From an uncultured Gammaproteobacteria bacterium (GTDB lineage Bacteria > Patescibacteriota > Microgenomatia > Daviesbacterales > UBA10151), in assembly GCA_964625535.1 (NCBI GenBank), contig CAZVEX010000003.1, positions 55,524 through 119,523 of the forward strand: a DNA stretch of 64,000 nucleotides, in the 5' to 3' direction. Position 1 is the stretch's first letter; every line of letters begins with the position of its first letter. A program made the position numbers and the translations under genes. Below, piece by piece: positions 9,406 to 18,796 of the stretch. The notes below the pieces were generated by a model. It had not been told where the DNA came from and did not search any database. It saw nothing but the letters and a program-made list of their open reading frames with translations.

Positions 9406-10707
9406 ATGCCTCAACAACCTAAGGAAAAACATGACCATGGCCCCCTTAAATTTCCTGATGGATTTTTGTGGGGGGCAGGAACAAGTGCACATCAGGTTGA
9501 AGGACAAAACTATTTCAATGACTGGTGGGATTGGGAGATAAAAAAGCAGCCCGTTCGGCTTCGCTCAGGGCATGCTGCCAACCAGTATCATTTGTACGAA
9601 CAGGATTTTGATCTGGCCAAGTCTTTAAACCACAACGCCCACCGGTTAAGCATTGAATGGTCGCGGATTGAACCCCGCGAGGGAGAATTTGACCAAAAAG
9701 AAATAGACCATTACCGTAATGTACTTAAGTATCTTAAGAAACTTAATTTCACGGTCATGCTGACACTTTGGCACGTTACCCTGCCCCAATGGATAGCAGA
9801 AAAAGGAGGCTGGGAAAACGGCCAAACAGTTAAATTTTTTGAAAGATTTGTCAAAAAAATTATTCCCGAGATTGGCCAATATGTGGATTTATGGATCACT
9901 GTCAATGAACCGGGAGTCTATATTTATGAAACCTATATAGCACGGGTCTGGCCCCATGCCAAAAAAAGTTTGCCAGGACAGATCAAAACCCTGCTTAATC
10001 TTGCTTCCGCTCACAAAAAAGCCTACAAAGTCCTACATCAAGCTTTTCCCGCAGGCAAACCCGTGGGCATAGCTAATAACATTATGTCTTTTGAGGCCTT
10101 TCATAAACATTCGCTGACGGAACAAGTGGCAGTTTCCCTAAACGACATCTTTATCAACCACCTGTTTTATTTTCTAACCAAAGGCGCGCACGATTTTCTG
10201 GGGATCAATTACTATTTTCATGTCCGTTTCAAACACCAGGGCCTGATACCCGAGGCTGTTAACAAACTCCAGCAAATTCACGAGATTTCCGATTTAGGCT
10301 GGGAAGTTTACCCGGAGGGCATCTTTGACGTGTTAACGGATTTATCCGACGACATACCCATTTATATTACCGAATGCGGCATTGCCTCAACCAACGATGA
10401 CCGGCGCAACCGTTTTCTAATTATGTATCTGCAGGAGGTGTCCAGAGCCATCAGGAGTGGAGTCAATGTCCGGGGCTTTTTTTACTGGTCTTTAATTGAT
10501 AATTTTGAATGGCATTTGGGTTTTGAGCCAAGATTTGGGCTGGTGGAAGTAGATTATGCCACCTTCAAGCGAACTCCCCGCACTTCAGCCCTAGTTTATG
10601 CGGAAATAATCAAGCACAATGGTATAGAACACAAGCTTTTAAAGCTTTTGGGCCATGGAATAAATGTGGAACAGGAAATAGAACAAATTATTAAAAAAGA
10701 ACACTAA
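9406..10707 (+). CDS. Glycoside hydrolase family 1 (beta-glucosidase-like)
   Basis: FPDGFLWGAGTSAHQVEG, RLSIEWSRI, TVNEP (acid/base), ITECG (nucleophile) and WSLIDNFEW. Confidence 0.95.
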   Translation: MPQQPKEKHDHGPLKFPDGFLWGAGTSAHQVEGQNYFNDWWDWEIKKQPVRLRSGHAANQYHLYEQDFDLAKSLNHNAHRLSIEWSRIEPREGEFDQKEIDHYRNVLKYLKKLNFTVMLTLWHVTLPQWIAEKGGWENGQTVKFFERFVKKIIPEIGQYVDLWITVNEPGVYIYETYIARVWPHAKKSLPGQIKTLLNLASAHKKAYKVLHQAFPAGKPVGIANNIMSFEAFHKHSLTEQVAVSLNDIFINHLFYFLTKGAHDFLGINYYFHVRFKHQGLIPEAVNKLQQIHEISDLGWEVYPEGIFDVLTDLSDDIPIYITECGIASTNDDRRNRFLIMYLQEVSRAIRSGVNVRGFFYWSLIDNFEWHLGFEPRFGLVEVDYATFKRTPRTSALVYAEIIKHNGIEHKLLKLLGHGINVEQEIEQIIKKEH

Positions 10708-10708
10708 T

Positions 10709-11608
10709 ATGAGTTTCCTACCTATTGCAATTTTGGGCTATGCCTTAAATGGCGGGGCTGTGGTCATAGACAAAATTCTCCTTAATACCTTCCTTCCCAA
10801 ACCTGCTATTTACACCTTCTATATCAGCATTTTGGGGCTTATTAGCCTTTTGCTTTTACCTTTTGGCTTCCAATGGGAAAACGGCATAATCCTCCCTGCT
10901 TTTTTATCAGGAGTAGCTTCTACTTTGGCCCTGTTAACCTTTTTCCAGAGCTTAAAAATAAGCGAAGCTTCCGTAGCCGGACCGGTGGTGGGAGCATTAA
11001 ATCCCCTGTTTGCTCTAATTCTGGGCACTTTATTTTTTAATCAGTTGATCACCATACCACAATTTATGGCCATGCTGGTTTTAATTTTGGGTGCAGCAAT
11101 TTTAACCTTTAACGTCTGGTTTTCCAGGGTTAAAACCAACCGCCAACTTTTAATGATGATTCTTGCCGGGTTTTTGTTTGCCTTATCATATGTTTTTTTA
11201 AAAGAAGTTTTTTTGCAGAGCAACTTTATTACCGGTTTGGTTTTAACGCGCCTTTTCGGTGCTATTACAGTTTTAACTTTTTTTCTTATGTCCGATTTCA
11301 GAAGCCAGATTTTTGCTTCAAAAGTAAAAAAACATAGCTTTTTTAACAAAACTTCCCTGCTTCTTTTGACAGGGCAAAGCATGGGAGCTACCCAGGGATT
11401 TTTACTGGCTTACGCCACCACGCTCACTTCCCCGGCCCTAGTTAATTCTTTATTTGGAGTGCAGTACCTCATCATCTTGGCTGCAGCTTTAATTTTAGCT
11501 AAAAAACACCCCTTTCTTTTGGGTGAAAATTTGTCTAAAAAAGTGATTTGGCAAAAAATTCTGGGAGCAGCAGTTTTAAGCTACGGAGTTTATTTGCTAA
11601 GCAAATGA
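10709..11608 (+). CDS. EamA/DMT family transporter
   Basis: About 10 TM helices in two repeated halves. EASVAGP and PLFALILG are EamA-like motifs. Confidence 0.8.
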   Translation: MSFLPIAILGYALNGGAVVIDKILLNTFLPKPAIYTFYISILGLISLLLLPFGFQWENGIILPAFLSGVASTLALLTFFQSLKISEASVAGPVVGALNPLFALILGTLFFNQLITIPQFMAMLVLILGAAILTFNVWFSRVKTNRQLLMMILAGFLFALSYVFLKEVFLQSNFITGLVLTRLFGAITVLTFFLMSDFRSQIFASKVKKHSFFNKTSLLLLTGQSMGATQGFLLAYATTLTSPALVNSLFGVQYLIILAAALILAKKHPFLLGENLSKKVIWQKILGAAVLSYGVYLLSK

Positions 11609-12564
11609 TGAAAAACCATAAGCTTCATATTTTAATACTTGTTCTGATAATTTTAGTTGTCATTTTTGTGGTTTTTAACATCCAAACCGACAACTTAAAC
11701 TTAAAAAAAACCGTTACTTTTGGGGTTTCTTTCTCCCCGCGTTATGCCCAAGAATTGGAGCTGGATCCCAGACCAACCTATCAATCTATTTTAACTGATT
11801 TGGGTACAAAAAGTGTTCGTTTGTCCGCTTATTGGGATGAAATAGAACTTGAGCAGGATAAATTTAACTTCCAAGATCTTGATTGGTATGTTGGTGAAGC
11901 CAGCAAAAACCAAGCTAAAGTTATTCTGGCCATAGGTCATAAACTCCCCCGCTGGCCGGAATGCCGCGCCCCAAAATGGTTAAATGATCGTAAAGAACAA
12001 CAATTAATTATGCTTGAGAAAGTTATTGAGCATTTCGAGAATAATCCGTCTGTTTCAGCCTGGCAGGTGGAAAATGAACCACTGCTAAATTTTGGACTTT
12101 GTCCTAAACCCGACAGGCAGTTTTTACAAAAAGAGGTAGCATTTGTCCGCTCAAAAACAAAAAAACCGATTATTATTACCGATTCCGGGGAACTTCGGCC
12201 CTGGATTACCCCGGCCAAACTGTCGGATTCTTTGGGTATTACTCTTTACAGAACAGTTGAAACCCCGTTTTTTGGCACTTTCCAATATCCCTTTCCCCCC
12301 TGGTTTTATCGCCTTAAATCAAACCTGGTCAGTAAAAAAACCATTATCGTAGAGCTGCAGGCTGAACCATGGGCCAGGGAATCACTTCCAAAGACTTCCC
12401 TTGAAGAACAAATCAAAAGATTTTCTCCCGAGCAGTTTAGAAAAAATGTCGAATTTGCCAGGAAAACCGGTTTTGAGGAAATTTATCTTTGGGGAGTAGA
12501 ATGGTGGTATTACATGGCTCTAAATGGTTATCCCCAATATCTGGAATTTGCCAAGAGGCTATGA
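11605..12564 (+). CDS. Membrane-anchored clan GH-A glycoside hydrolase (GH5/GH42-like)
   Basis: N-terminal TM, VRLSAYWDEIE, WQVENEP and ELQAEPW. The start overlaps the upstream stop (ATGA). Confidence 0.75.
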   Translation: MMKNHKLHILILVLIILVVIFVVFNIQTDNLNLKKTVTFGVSFSPRYAQELELDPRPTYQSILTDLGTKSVRLSAYWDEIELEQDKFNFQDLDWYVGEASKNQAKVILAIGHKLPRWPECRAPKWLNDRKEQQLIMLEKVIEHFENNPSVSAWQVENEPLLNFGLCPKPDRQFLQKEVAFVRSKTKKPIIITDSGELRPWITPAKLSDSLGITLYRTVETPFFGTFQYPFPPWFYRLKSNLVSKKTIIVELQAEPWARESLPKTSLEEQIKRFSPEQFRKNVEFARKTGFEEIYLWGVEWWYYMALNGYPQYLEFAKRL

Positions 12565-13029
12565 TGAATCTGCTGTTTGGCTGGCCATAAAAGGAAATTG
12601 CCCCTTGCCCATGGGATGCTCTCCCAGAAAACAATTAAAGGCTGCCACTTGTTGATTGACAAACACCATCATCCCTGGCACTCCTTTGATCCACACCTGG
12701 CACTCGCCGCAATGAAAAGCTGTTTCTCCGTCCGTTTGAACATAATCATAACCCCTGTCATTTCTCACTCGGCCGCCAAAAGGACGGCCTTTTTTACTGA
12801 TTAAGGCTTCCGGGGAAAGGGCTGCCAATCCCTCTCGCATTAATACCTGTTTTCGCACTGCCGTTCTGTCTTGATATTTTCCGGCAATTTGCCGGTCTAA
12901 ACCGGCAATTTCCTCATCCAAACACTCTATCTGACCCCTTTCCTCGTCTGTAAAAGCATCCATATTAATCCCAAAACTTGCACAAAAGTTGGTTATACTT
13001 CTTGCAGAAATTTTTCCCTCTGTTTCCAT
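12559..13029 (-). CDS. Hypothetical protein
   Basis: 156 aa ORF preceded by TGC-TATAAT-N7-ATG. CxxC and C/H residues occur near the C-terminus. Confidence 0.65.
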   Translation of the reverse strand: METEGKISARSITNFCASFGINMDAFTDEERGQIECLDEEIAGLDRQIAGKYQDRTAVRKQVLMREGLAALSPEALISKKGRPFGGRVRNDRGYDYVQTDGETAFHCGECQVWIKGVPGMMVFVNQQVAAFNCFLGEHPMGKGQFPFMASQTADSS

Positions 13030-13087
13030 ATCGTATATTATAGCAGCTAAGGATCAAATTTCCACTAGATGCTATACTTAAATCAGC

Positions 13088-14357
13088 ATGAAAGAATCCC
13101 CTAATGAACCAAGACGCCTTACCAGAAGCCAATTCTTAAGAGAGCTTGGTGTTTATCTGTCTTCCGGTCTGGCTGGTGTAGGATTATCGAGGCTCTTAGG
13201 GCTATTACCCCACCCAATGACTGAAGGAAGCCAAACACCTGCCGGCACACCAGAAACAGAAACCGGGGAAACTCTCACCTCATTAGCCGGCCTCTATTTG
13301 GAATCTGCCCGCAGAAATATCAAAACCACTTCTTCCGGCCAAAAAGTTATTGTTCCCAGCCAAATGTACAGAGAAGTCTATCTAAGAGATACTTTCTTCA
13401 CTCTGGTTGGTTTGGAAGATCCGCAGCTTAATCAGGACAGTTTTAGATTATTTAGCTCTCGCCAGCAGGGCAACGGCCAAATGCCAACCGCCATCTCCCT
13501 TGATCAAAAAGCAGAAAACATACAGCCTCAAGATGATGAATCAACCCTGCTGTTTCTCATTTGGGCAGGATTAAGAACCCGGGCAGGAGAAAAAGTCGAC
13601 CCGGAAAAAATAAAACAAGCCTATTCTTTTGTATCAGCGCGTGTTCAAGAAGGCTGGTATTTTTCTTCTGCGGGAGATTTTCGCCATTGGGCCGATACTT
13701 ACATCAACCGACAAAGAGCAGTCATTTCTTATAATCAGGGTCTTTTCGCCCTGGCTGTAAAAATACTCAAAGAGTATCAACCGGATCTTGTTTCCGACCA
13801 GCTAATGCATCAAGCACAGGAAAATTACAGAAACTTGTTCAGGCGTAATTTTGGTTTTATACCCTTGAGCAACCAAACCAATTATCAGGACGCCTCTGCC
13901 CTCCTGCCGGAACTACTCTCCCGTTTGTATTCGGGGCAAGGCATGCTCGAGGAGGACAAAATTATCACTGCTGTTGATCACTTAATCAGCACAGCCACTG
14001 TCCGCGATGACAAACGCCAAATCCGAGGTATCAAAGCGATCTCCCAACCGGGACGGCTCTTTTTTACCGCTTGAACTTTTCACTCCTCATCTTCGCGGCA
14101 AGGGAGAATATCAAAACGGCGCTTACTGGCCGATGTTTATCTTATCTTCGCTTTGTCTGGCCTACTCCATTAACCGTGATCCAAAATATCAAACTTTGGC
14201 CGAAGAGTTGATAAAAAAGGAGCTGGGAGGAGATGGCAAAAGCAAAGAATTCATCTCTCTTTCACCAGAGAATCCCGGTATTTTTGATCCACTGCGGTCT
14301 GATTATTCCTGGAACGCGCTAATTTACACTGCTTTACGCTTTGCCAAAATGATTTAG
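13088..14357 (+). pseudogene. Frameshifted (alpha/alpha)6-barrel glycoside hydrolase-like protein
   Basis: ORFs 13088-14074 and 14007-14357 join on removing one G at 14050-14052 (SQP|DGSFLP). Motifs YREVYLRD, GEYQNGAYWP and DYSWNA resemble six-hairpin glycosidases. N-terminal RRLTRSQFL is followed by a hydrophobic segment. Confidence 0.6.
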
Positions 14358-16852
14358 CGGCCTTCTTTTCTTGCCAAGTTACGATCCAGCTTGGGCGAAC
14401 CCAAGGCAGTATAGGGGCCCACATTATCCGAATTTTTGCCCGGTTCTCTTTTATCAGGATCCGGCCTGGCTCCCCGGTCAAACACATCGTAGCCTGCCTC
14501 TTTTAAAGCTTTGACAATTTCCTGCTGCAGTGACCTGGCCAGCGCCTCGCTGGAAGCTCTCCTCTTGCCATCCGGCATGGCATATTCATTGGGAAAGGAG
14601 GTTTCGGCACCGACTGCATTGCCATCTGTTAAACCGTTAAAATGCAAAGAAACATAAGCCACTTTCCTATCTTCTCCTTCATCCGGGGTGCGCAGCGCTT
14701 CAGCCATGGCCAAAAGCAGAGCTTTTCTTTTTTGAATTCGCTCAATATTGGACACTAAACCATCTCCGTCTACATCTTCATCTTGAGGAATTTCCGGGCG
14801 CAAAATGACAAGGTCGTAACTACCCTCGCTTGCCCGAAGCAGCTCCCGGGCAGTTAGATTGGCCAGCTCCCAGGTCATATCTTTTTCCGCCAGCTTCTCA
14901 CCTTCCACAGTAGTAGCAGCGACTCCAATATCGCTGGCGCCGTGTCCCGGGTCAAGGCCGATGACGGCATGACCTTGACCGTAATGTTCCACAATGGCTT
15001 TGGCATGAGCTTTGGCCAGACCAGCCAAAATCTTCTCTCGTTTTTCTTTAGGAAATTGGGCCAGCTCTTTTAAAAACAAGCTTTCTGTTAACACTGCATC
15101 ATGACTGTTGCGAAGCATCCCAATCCATCGGGCCACTTCACCGTAACTTAACTCCTGGGGATAATAAATCTTAGACTCGGGCAAGGTAGGCACTTCTTCT
15201 CCTTGCTTCCCCTGGGTCAAAAGTAAAAGCTGTTTGCGGACTTCCTGTCTGATCGGTTTCCAATAGGCTTCTCTGGGATTGGAGGAAGTAGGATTTCCTC
15301 CGCGGACCATGGTGATGGCTACCCCTTCAATGCCGGCCCCAGTCACAAAATTGCGATTGCTGATTACCAAACCTTTCATTTCCGGAGCGCCCAGCTCCCA
15401 ACCGCCAGAAAACTGCTGCAGGATTCCCTCTCCTGTCATTTTGACAATTTCCAAAAGTGCAGGGGAAAACAAACCCTCAAGATCAAAATCCGGCTTTAAG
15501 CGACCCTGGTTGATTTTTTCCAGCAACACATTTCTTAGGTTCAGCGCCAGATGCCCTTTATTGAAAGGAGATTTTTGCACCTCTTCTACCAGTCTTTGGA
15601 AAAATGCCGCCAAAACTTCCTGCTGGCGGCCAGCCCTGACATAATCACTGCCTCCTTGGTGCAGACGACTACGCACATATTTTAAAGCTGTAGGACCGTT
15701 CAGTTGTTGTCTCCCCTGCTTCAAATAAAAAGGATCAAATCCTGCTCCTTCTTTGGTAGGATATCTGGGATCGCTGATCGCCTCTTTAACATCAACTTCC
15801 ACATACCTCACTGTTTTATCAATTACATCCTCCAACACATCAAAACGCGACACAGTGGCCAGATCCATGGACAGCCCGGTGGCATTTTCCAACACTTCTT
15901 TGACCAGATCAATGCCACCCAGCTGATAGGCAAAATTAATGCGCGACCAGGCGGAGTTTTTACCAACCCGTAAGACTTCAGGGGACTCCAGGTCTCTCGG
16001 CACTGACAACAAAAAAGCGGTGTTGGTGGGAAGGTGATAGGAAAAAATCAAAATGGAATCGGTCATGGTGCCTTCTTTGCCGATCCCCAAAAGCACTCCA
16101 TTGATTCTACCTTCATTTAGCTCCCGGTCAATTCTTTTTAAATAATCCATATCTTCCTTGACTCTTTGCTCTCTAATTTGTCTAACTTCCTTGACAATCC
16201 TTGGCAAAAACATCTCCCGTAAAATATCTTTTCTGGTTGGCTCAACCATGGCAGCTTCTGTGATTACCCCTTCTACAAAACCCACTTCGGCTTCAGAGTG
16301 TTTGACGATTTTGGGAATATCTGGTGTTGGCAAAACTTCTGCAGCCTCACCGCCAGCGGGAACTCCCACCAAAGATCGGGGTGAGGCTTGGGCCGGGCTG
16401 GCAAAAACAGGCCCCAAAGCTTGAAATGCTCTTTCTGCCGCGGCGCCGACGACCATGGTCGCACCTATTCCCAACAATCTCCTTCTTGAAACTCCTCTCC
16501 CAGTCCTGCCGCTTTGAGAAGTTTGAGTTGGCACTTTTCTTGGCTCTAAAACTCCTGTTCGCTGCAGATACAGCTCTATCAGCACCCGGAAGTCAATATC
16601 TCTACTTCTGAACTCATTCTCCAATGCCTGCTTGCGAACCCTGTCAAAACCCCTGGCCAGACCTCTCATTTCTTCCGTGGGGATGACTTTTTGATCGCGT
16701 TCCAGCCTCATCCTGACCAGTTCAAAAAAGGGGTCTTGAGTCGGGGGAAGCTGACCAGCTATTTCAGACCAGACATTTTCCCGACGGACAGACGGATCTT
16801 GAGCAACCTGTCTGAATTCATTGACATCTATATTTGGTGGAATTTCCGGCAT
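14354..16852 (-). CDS. LCP (LytR-CpsA-Psr) domain fused to an Amidase_3-like domain
   Basis: LCP motifs: VLLGIG, TDSI, LLSVPRD, RINFAY, ALKYVRSR, DYVRAGRQQ. Amidase motifs: IGLDPGHG, EKDMT, VSLHFNG. Confidence 0.85.
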   Translation of the reverse strand: MPEIPPNIDVNEFRQVAQDPSVRRENVWSEIAGQLPPTQDPFFELVRMRLERDQKVIPTEEMRGLARGFDRVRKQALENEFRSRDIDFRVLIELYLQRTGVLEPRKVPTQTSQSGRTGRGVSRRRLLGIGATMVVGAAAERAFQALGPVFASPAQASPRSLVGVPAGGEAAEVLPTPDIPKIVKHSEAEVGFVEGVITEAAMVEPTRKDILREMFLPRIVKEVRQIREQRVKEDMDYLKRIDRELNEGRINGVLLGIGKEGTMTDSILIFSYHLPTNTAFLLSVPRDLESPEVLRVGKNSAWSRINFAYQLGGIDLVKEVLENATGLSMDLATVSRFDVLEDVIDKTVRYVEVDVKEAISDPRYPTKEGAGFDPFYLKQGRQQLNGPTALKYVRSRLHQGGSDYVRAGRQQEVLAAFFQRLVEEVQKSPFNKGHLALNLRNVLLEKINQGRLKPDFDLEGLFSPALLEIVKMTGEGILQQFSGGWELGAPEMKGLVISNRNFVTGAGIEGVAITMVRGGNPTSSNPREAYWKPIRQEVRKQLLLLTQGKQGEEVPTLPESKIYYPQELSYGEVARWIGMLRNSHDAVLTESLFLKELAQFPKEKREKILAGLAKAHAKAIVEHYGQGHAVIGLDPGHGASDIGVAATTVEGEKLAEKDMTWELANLTARELLRASEGSYDLVILRPEIPQDEDVDGDGLVSNIERIQKRKALLLAMAEALRTPDEGEDRKVAYVSLHFNGLTDGNAVGAETSFPNEYAMPDGKRRASSEALARSLQQEIVKALKEAGYDVFDRGARPDPDKREPGKNSDNVGPYTALGSPKLDRNLARKEGR

Positions 16853-16862
16853 AATTTAAATT

Positions 16863-18749
16863 TCACTGCTCTATAATATCCGGCGGCCCTTCCCTGTCCC
16901 AATCGGGAGATTGTTCAGCTGATCCGGCAACCTCTCTTTCCCAAGCCTCCAAAAATGCCTGATCTTTCGGATCAAGCGCATCTCTTTTTTCCGCCAGTTC
17001 ACGGACTTTAGCGGCAATCTGAATTTTTAGTGCTTCTTTATCTTCCTGGTTGGTAAGTTTTTCATTAACCTTGCGAATTAATTCGTCGCCAGGCAAAACT
17101 CTGCCTGTGAAAATATTATTTGCCATTGTCCGGGACCCAAGACCGGCTTGTTCTAATAACTGATCTACAGCTTCCTCACTTATTTCCACCTTTGGGCCTA
17201 TTTTAGGCTGCAAAATCCACTCCGCATACTGCCTTAAAGACAAATTAGGGTTACCTAGCCGTGTTCTCACCTGATCAAAATTAACCCCGGAGAGCCGCAG
17301 TGCCTGCTCTATACTATCTCTTGCGTTTTCTCTCGCTCTTTCTTTTGCTCCTTCTCGCCAATCATCCACTCCTGTTTGTCCTACAGCTCGTTCTTGTAAG
17401 ACTGGGCCTTGCGGGGCTGGAACGGCAGTCCACAAATATCCCCTCCAGGCTTTGGCCCGGGCTTCATCACCGGCCTGATCCAATTTTTGAATAATTAAAT
17501 CTTTTAGGACCCTAACTTCATCCGGATGATAAAATTGGCGAAGTTTTTGCATTAACTCCTCATCCGGCCCGAATTTGCCTTTGACAATTGAATCCGCATC
17601 GCTTTCAAAAAGCTCATTTGCCATAGCTTCAATCTCCTCCTGGGTTTTGTCTTTAAATAAAGGAGAAGCTAAGACAATTTCTCTATTTGAGGGTCTTTCT
17701 TTTTTAAGACGTTTTGCCCATTGCTGACGCCTGTCAAGACTGCCTTGCAGTTCCTCTCTGGCCTGCCGGACTGGGGTTTGCTCCCGTCCGAAACTGATGA
17801 CAAAATCCTTTCCATCCTCGCTGATGGAAAACCCGGCTGTTTTCCAGGCTTTATCAGCCAGTTGTCCGTTTAATTGATCTTTCAGGGTGGAAATTATATT
17901 TCCCAGTGCCTGATTGATTATTTCCTGAGAACCTCTGTGTAACATGGCCACCTTGTTTAACTGGCTGGATTGCACTCGAAGCTCTGTCCCGTCGCCGTCT
18001 GCTGCCAGCATAATGGTAAAGCTGGTTGAACCGCCTTTGGAAATTTCCCCCTGGGCCTGGGCGGAGCGACCGTCTAGTATCTTAATATTTAGATTTTGCA
18101 AGCTGGCACCTTGAGGAAGAGGCAGGCTTTGCAGATATCCTGCCAGTCTTCGGGGTGAGGCAAAAACTTTTCCTTCCGGCCCACTCTCCCCGGCCAAAAT
18201 ATCATCAATTTCCTCCACAAATCCCTTTCTGGGTTTAGACATTCGCTCTTGCGGTTCCAGCAGAACTTTGGCTTTTGCTTCTGCCAGCAATCCGCCCCTT
18301 TCATTTTCCTCTTCTGTAGGAACCCCGGGCCCCACAGGCGCGGGAGCAAGTTCGGCAGGCTCTGCTGCAACCAGACCTGCCGGGACGGGGCTTTCTATTC
18401 TCCTGCCCAGAAACTGTTCTGCCAAAGCAGAAAAAGGCAAATCCGGATCATCAGGATTGATGCCGCAACTTTCCAGAAAGGTCACGAAATCTCCATACAT
18501 CTGGCCTCTGACTTCCGAGGGTAAATCATATCCCTGGTTTTGCAAACGAGCATCCAACACCGCATCCGTAGGGTAATAATCGGGGTCGCCTGTTATTCTC
18601 TGCTGTAAATTTTCCGGTAAACCGGCAAATGTGCTCTGCCAGCTTCCCTGCTGCTCACTGACAATTTGACCCACATCTGCTTTCTCAACTGCCGTAGGTT
18701 CTGTTGGAATATACTTTACCTCTACCGGCGGTCTTACTTCATGTTCCAT
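16863..18749 (-). CDS. Large acidic hypothetical protein
   Basis: Long ORF with TGT-TAAAAT upstream of ATG 18749. No recognised domain. Confidence 0.75.
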   Translation of the reverse strand: MEHEVRPPVEVKYIPTEPTAVEKADVGQIVSEQQGSWQSTFAGLPENLQQRITGDPDYYPTDAVLDARLQNQGYDLPSEVRGQMYGDFVTFLESCGINPDDPDLPFSALAEQFLGRRIESPVPAGLVAAEPAELAPAPVGPGVPTEEENERGGLLAEAKAKVLLEPQERMSKPRKGFVEEIDDILAGESGPEGKVFASPRRLAGYLQSLPLPQGASLQNLNIKILDGRSAQAQGEISKGGSTSFTIMLAADGDGTELRVQSSQLNKVAMLHRGSQEIINQALGNIISTLKDQLNGQLADKAWKTAGFSISEDGKDFVISFGREQTPVRQAREELQGSLDRRQQWAKRLKKERPSNREIVLASPLFKDKTQEEIEAMANELFESDADSIVKGKFGPDEELMQKLRQFYHPDEVRVLKDLIIQKLDQAGDEARAKAWRGYLWTAVPAPQGPVLQERAVGQTGVDDWREGAKERARENARDSIEQALRLSGVNFDQVRTRLGNPNLSLRQYAEWILQPKIGPKVEISEEAVDQLLEQAGLGSRTMANNIFTGRVLPGDELIRKVNEKLTNQEDKEALKIQIAAKVRELAEKRDALDPKDQAFLEAWEREVAGSAEQSPDWDREGPPDIIEQ

Positions 18750-18796
18750 ACAACTAAATTTTAACATTTTACTCAAAAATAATGTATAATTAGTAT

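Noticed and set aside
9131-9541. ORFs 9131-9367, 9289-9507 and 9350-9541
   Set aside because: They overlap rpmG, tRNA-Trp and the GH1 start and are spurious.
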